Source: Spirochaetales bacterium
GTDB lineage: Bacteria; Spirochaetota; Spirochaetia; JAGLYY01
Assembly: GCA_023131935.1 (NCBI GenBank)
Contig: JAGLYY010000172.1
Coordinates: 1-43,724 of the forward strand
Direction of reading: 5' to 3'
Length of the DNA stretch: 43,724 bases
Shown: positions 43,163 through 43,724 of the stretch, piece after piece
How the letters are laid out: each line of letters begins with the position of its first letter
Numbering within the stretch: the first letter of the stretch is position 1
Notes under the pieces: model-generated
The model's input: only the letters and a program-made list of their open reading frames with translations
Told to the model about the DNA's origin: nothing
The model's database searches: none
Translations under genes and position numbers: made by a program

Positions 43163-43549
43163 TTATCTCCTCCATTCAGGCTTTCTATCAAAAATCTTCT
43201 TCAATCTCACTGCTTTTTGATAATGAGATGTCTCCTTATCCCCTTTTTTTCTAAAAACATTTACAAGTAACAGCCTTTCACCATACCGGAAACAACCGAT
43301 TCTATATGGATTTTTTTTCAATTCGCAAAATAATTCTCCTTTCCGTTTTCCACTTTCTCTCCAGCAATCAAACTGCTCCCGTGTTAGCTCTTCTAATCCA
43401 TCATCAGCTATTTTATTAAGGTAGTGTAGAAATCCATCCCTAATGGCAGGATTCTTATCGAAAAAAGCTTCCACCTCACACTTCCCATTGTCTTTGTGTA
43501 GTACATATATGTTAGTATTAGCACCTTTCACTATTAATTTAGCCCACAT
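43163..43549 (-). CDS. Gp49/HigB-type RelE/ParE-superfamily toxin
   Basis: ELKKNPYRIGCFRYGERLLLVNVFRKKGDKETSHYQKAVRLKKIF matches the Gp49-like (DUF891) toxin pattern (ELR..yRi.yf...ivLl..F.KK...tp..ei..A). Toxin-first gene order. Start taken as ATG 43547-43549; the track start TTG 43564 sits inside the palindrome. Confidence 0.75.
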   Translation of the reverse strand: MWAKLIVKGANTNIYVLHKDNGKCEVEAFFDKNPAIRDGFLHYLNKIADDGLEELTREQFDCWRESGKRKGELFCELKKNPYRIGCFRYGERLLLVNVFRKKGDKETSHYQKAVRLKKIFDRKPEWRR

Positions 43550-43561
43550 ACTCACAGTTGT

Positions 43562-43595
43562 CAACGAAAGTTAAGTTATAACTTAACTTTCGTTG
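43562..43595. promoter_or_regulatory. Perfect 34-bp palindrome (17-bp half-sites), candidate operator of the TA-like operon
   Basis: CAACGAAAGTTAAGTTA|TAACTTAACTTTCGTTG was checked base by base with no mismatch. It is flanked by and overlaps GTTGTCAA direct repeats at 43557-43564 and 43595-43602. Confidence 0.7.
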
Positions 43596-43602
43596 TTGTC
43601 AA
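43575..43602 (-). promoter_or_regulatory. Sigma-70 promoter TTGACA-N16-TATAAC for the TA-like operon
   Basis: Minus strand: -35 = rc(43597-43602), -10 = rc(43575-43580). The -10 sits at the dyad centre of the palindrome, ~25 nt upstream of ATG 43549. Confidence 0.55.
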
Positions 43603-43724
43603 GCCTCCTTTTCTTCCCTTCAATCTCCCTTCCACAGTACGGACAGTACTTGTAGCTTTCGGTTTTCTGAACTTTCTTCTTTTGGATAGAGAGTTCTTCA
43701 ATAAAGCCAGAGCTTAGAATGCCT
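43583..43724 (-). CDS. 3' end of an unidentified ORF running off the window (46 codons visible)
   Basis: My own translation of the minus strand: ...GILSSGFIEELSIQKKKVQKTESYKYCPYCGREIEGKKRRLDNNES*, with the stop at rc(43583-43585) inside the palindrome. CPYC is a possible half zinc-ribbon. Too short for the ORF track and not identifiable. Confidence 0.3.
   Translation of the reverse strand, partial: GILSSGFIEELSIQKKKVQKTESYKYCPYCGREIEGKKRRLDNNES

Noticed and set aside
41863-43724. Search by eye for a direct repeat of the tRNA-Pro 3' end (attR) downstream of the integrase stump
   Set aside because: No convincing copy of GGTTCGAATCCACTCAGCCCGA or its last ~15 nt was found within the window, so the islet boundary cannot be set here.

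Overview
This 43.7-kb segment reads like core chromosome of a spirochete, probably Spirochaeta- or Treponema-like. That assignment is an inference from gene content: flhO/flgF-flgG rod genes, cheX, spoVG, a Maf/DUF115 gene and many leaderless-looking promoters. All product calls come from motif recognition by eye on the supplied translations; no database search was possible.

Gene order, left to right:
- a decayed integrase remnant, then marR divergent from a 4-gene peptide/nickel-type ABC importer
- hemolysin-III; flagellar rod genes with a rod-binding protein; an RpoS-like sigma factor
- yibQ-like deacetylase, tsaD, apt; tRNA-Gln(CTG) and tRNA-Glu(CTC)
- a 585-aa unknown protein; argS; rplU-prp-rpmA-obg-nadD; an LCP protein; rsfS
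- a hyper-acidic small protein and cheX on the minus strand
- spoVG, tRNA-Gln(TTG), rplY, pth, tilS, ftsH
- a DxDxDG-repeat protein and an HtrA-like lipoprotein
- a 4-gene two-component/phosphorelay cluster; lepA
- a Maf/DUF115 protein and a PpiD-like chaperone on the minus strand
- tRNA-Asp(GTC) and tRNA-Pro(CGG)

The clearly accessory part is the right end (about 41.9-43.7 kb). A second decayed integrase remnant abuts tRNA-Pro and is followed by an AT-rich islet. The islet carries a tightly packed three-gene toxin-antitoxin-like operon: a Gp49/HigB-type toxin, a C-terminally extended XRE antitoxin, and an unrecognised ~140-aa helical protein. A near-consensus promoter embedded in a perfect 34-bp palindrome sits in front of it. 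This is my best candidate for an undescribed system (a tripartite TA with a non-SecB third partner), but the call is inferential.

Other points worth a second look:
- a sigma-54-type -24/-12 element in front of the RpoS-like sigma gene
- a Prp protease with an intact His/Cys dyad next to an L27 that has no propeptide
- the hyper-acidic protein
- two promoters positioned for leaderless mRNAs
- several short tandem duplications that straddle stop codons or Shine-Dalgarno (SD) sites

No CRISPR array, rRNA or intact mobile element was seen.
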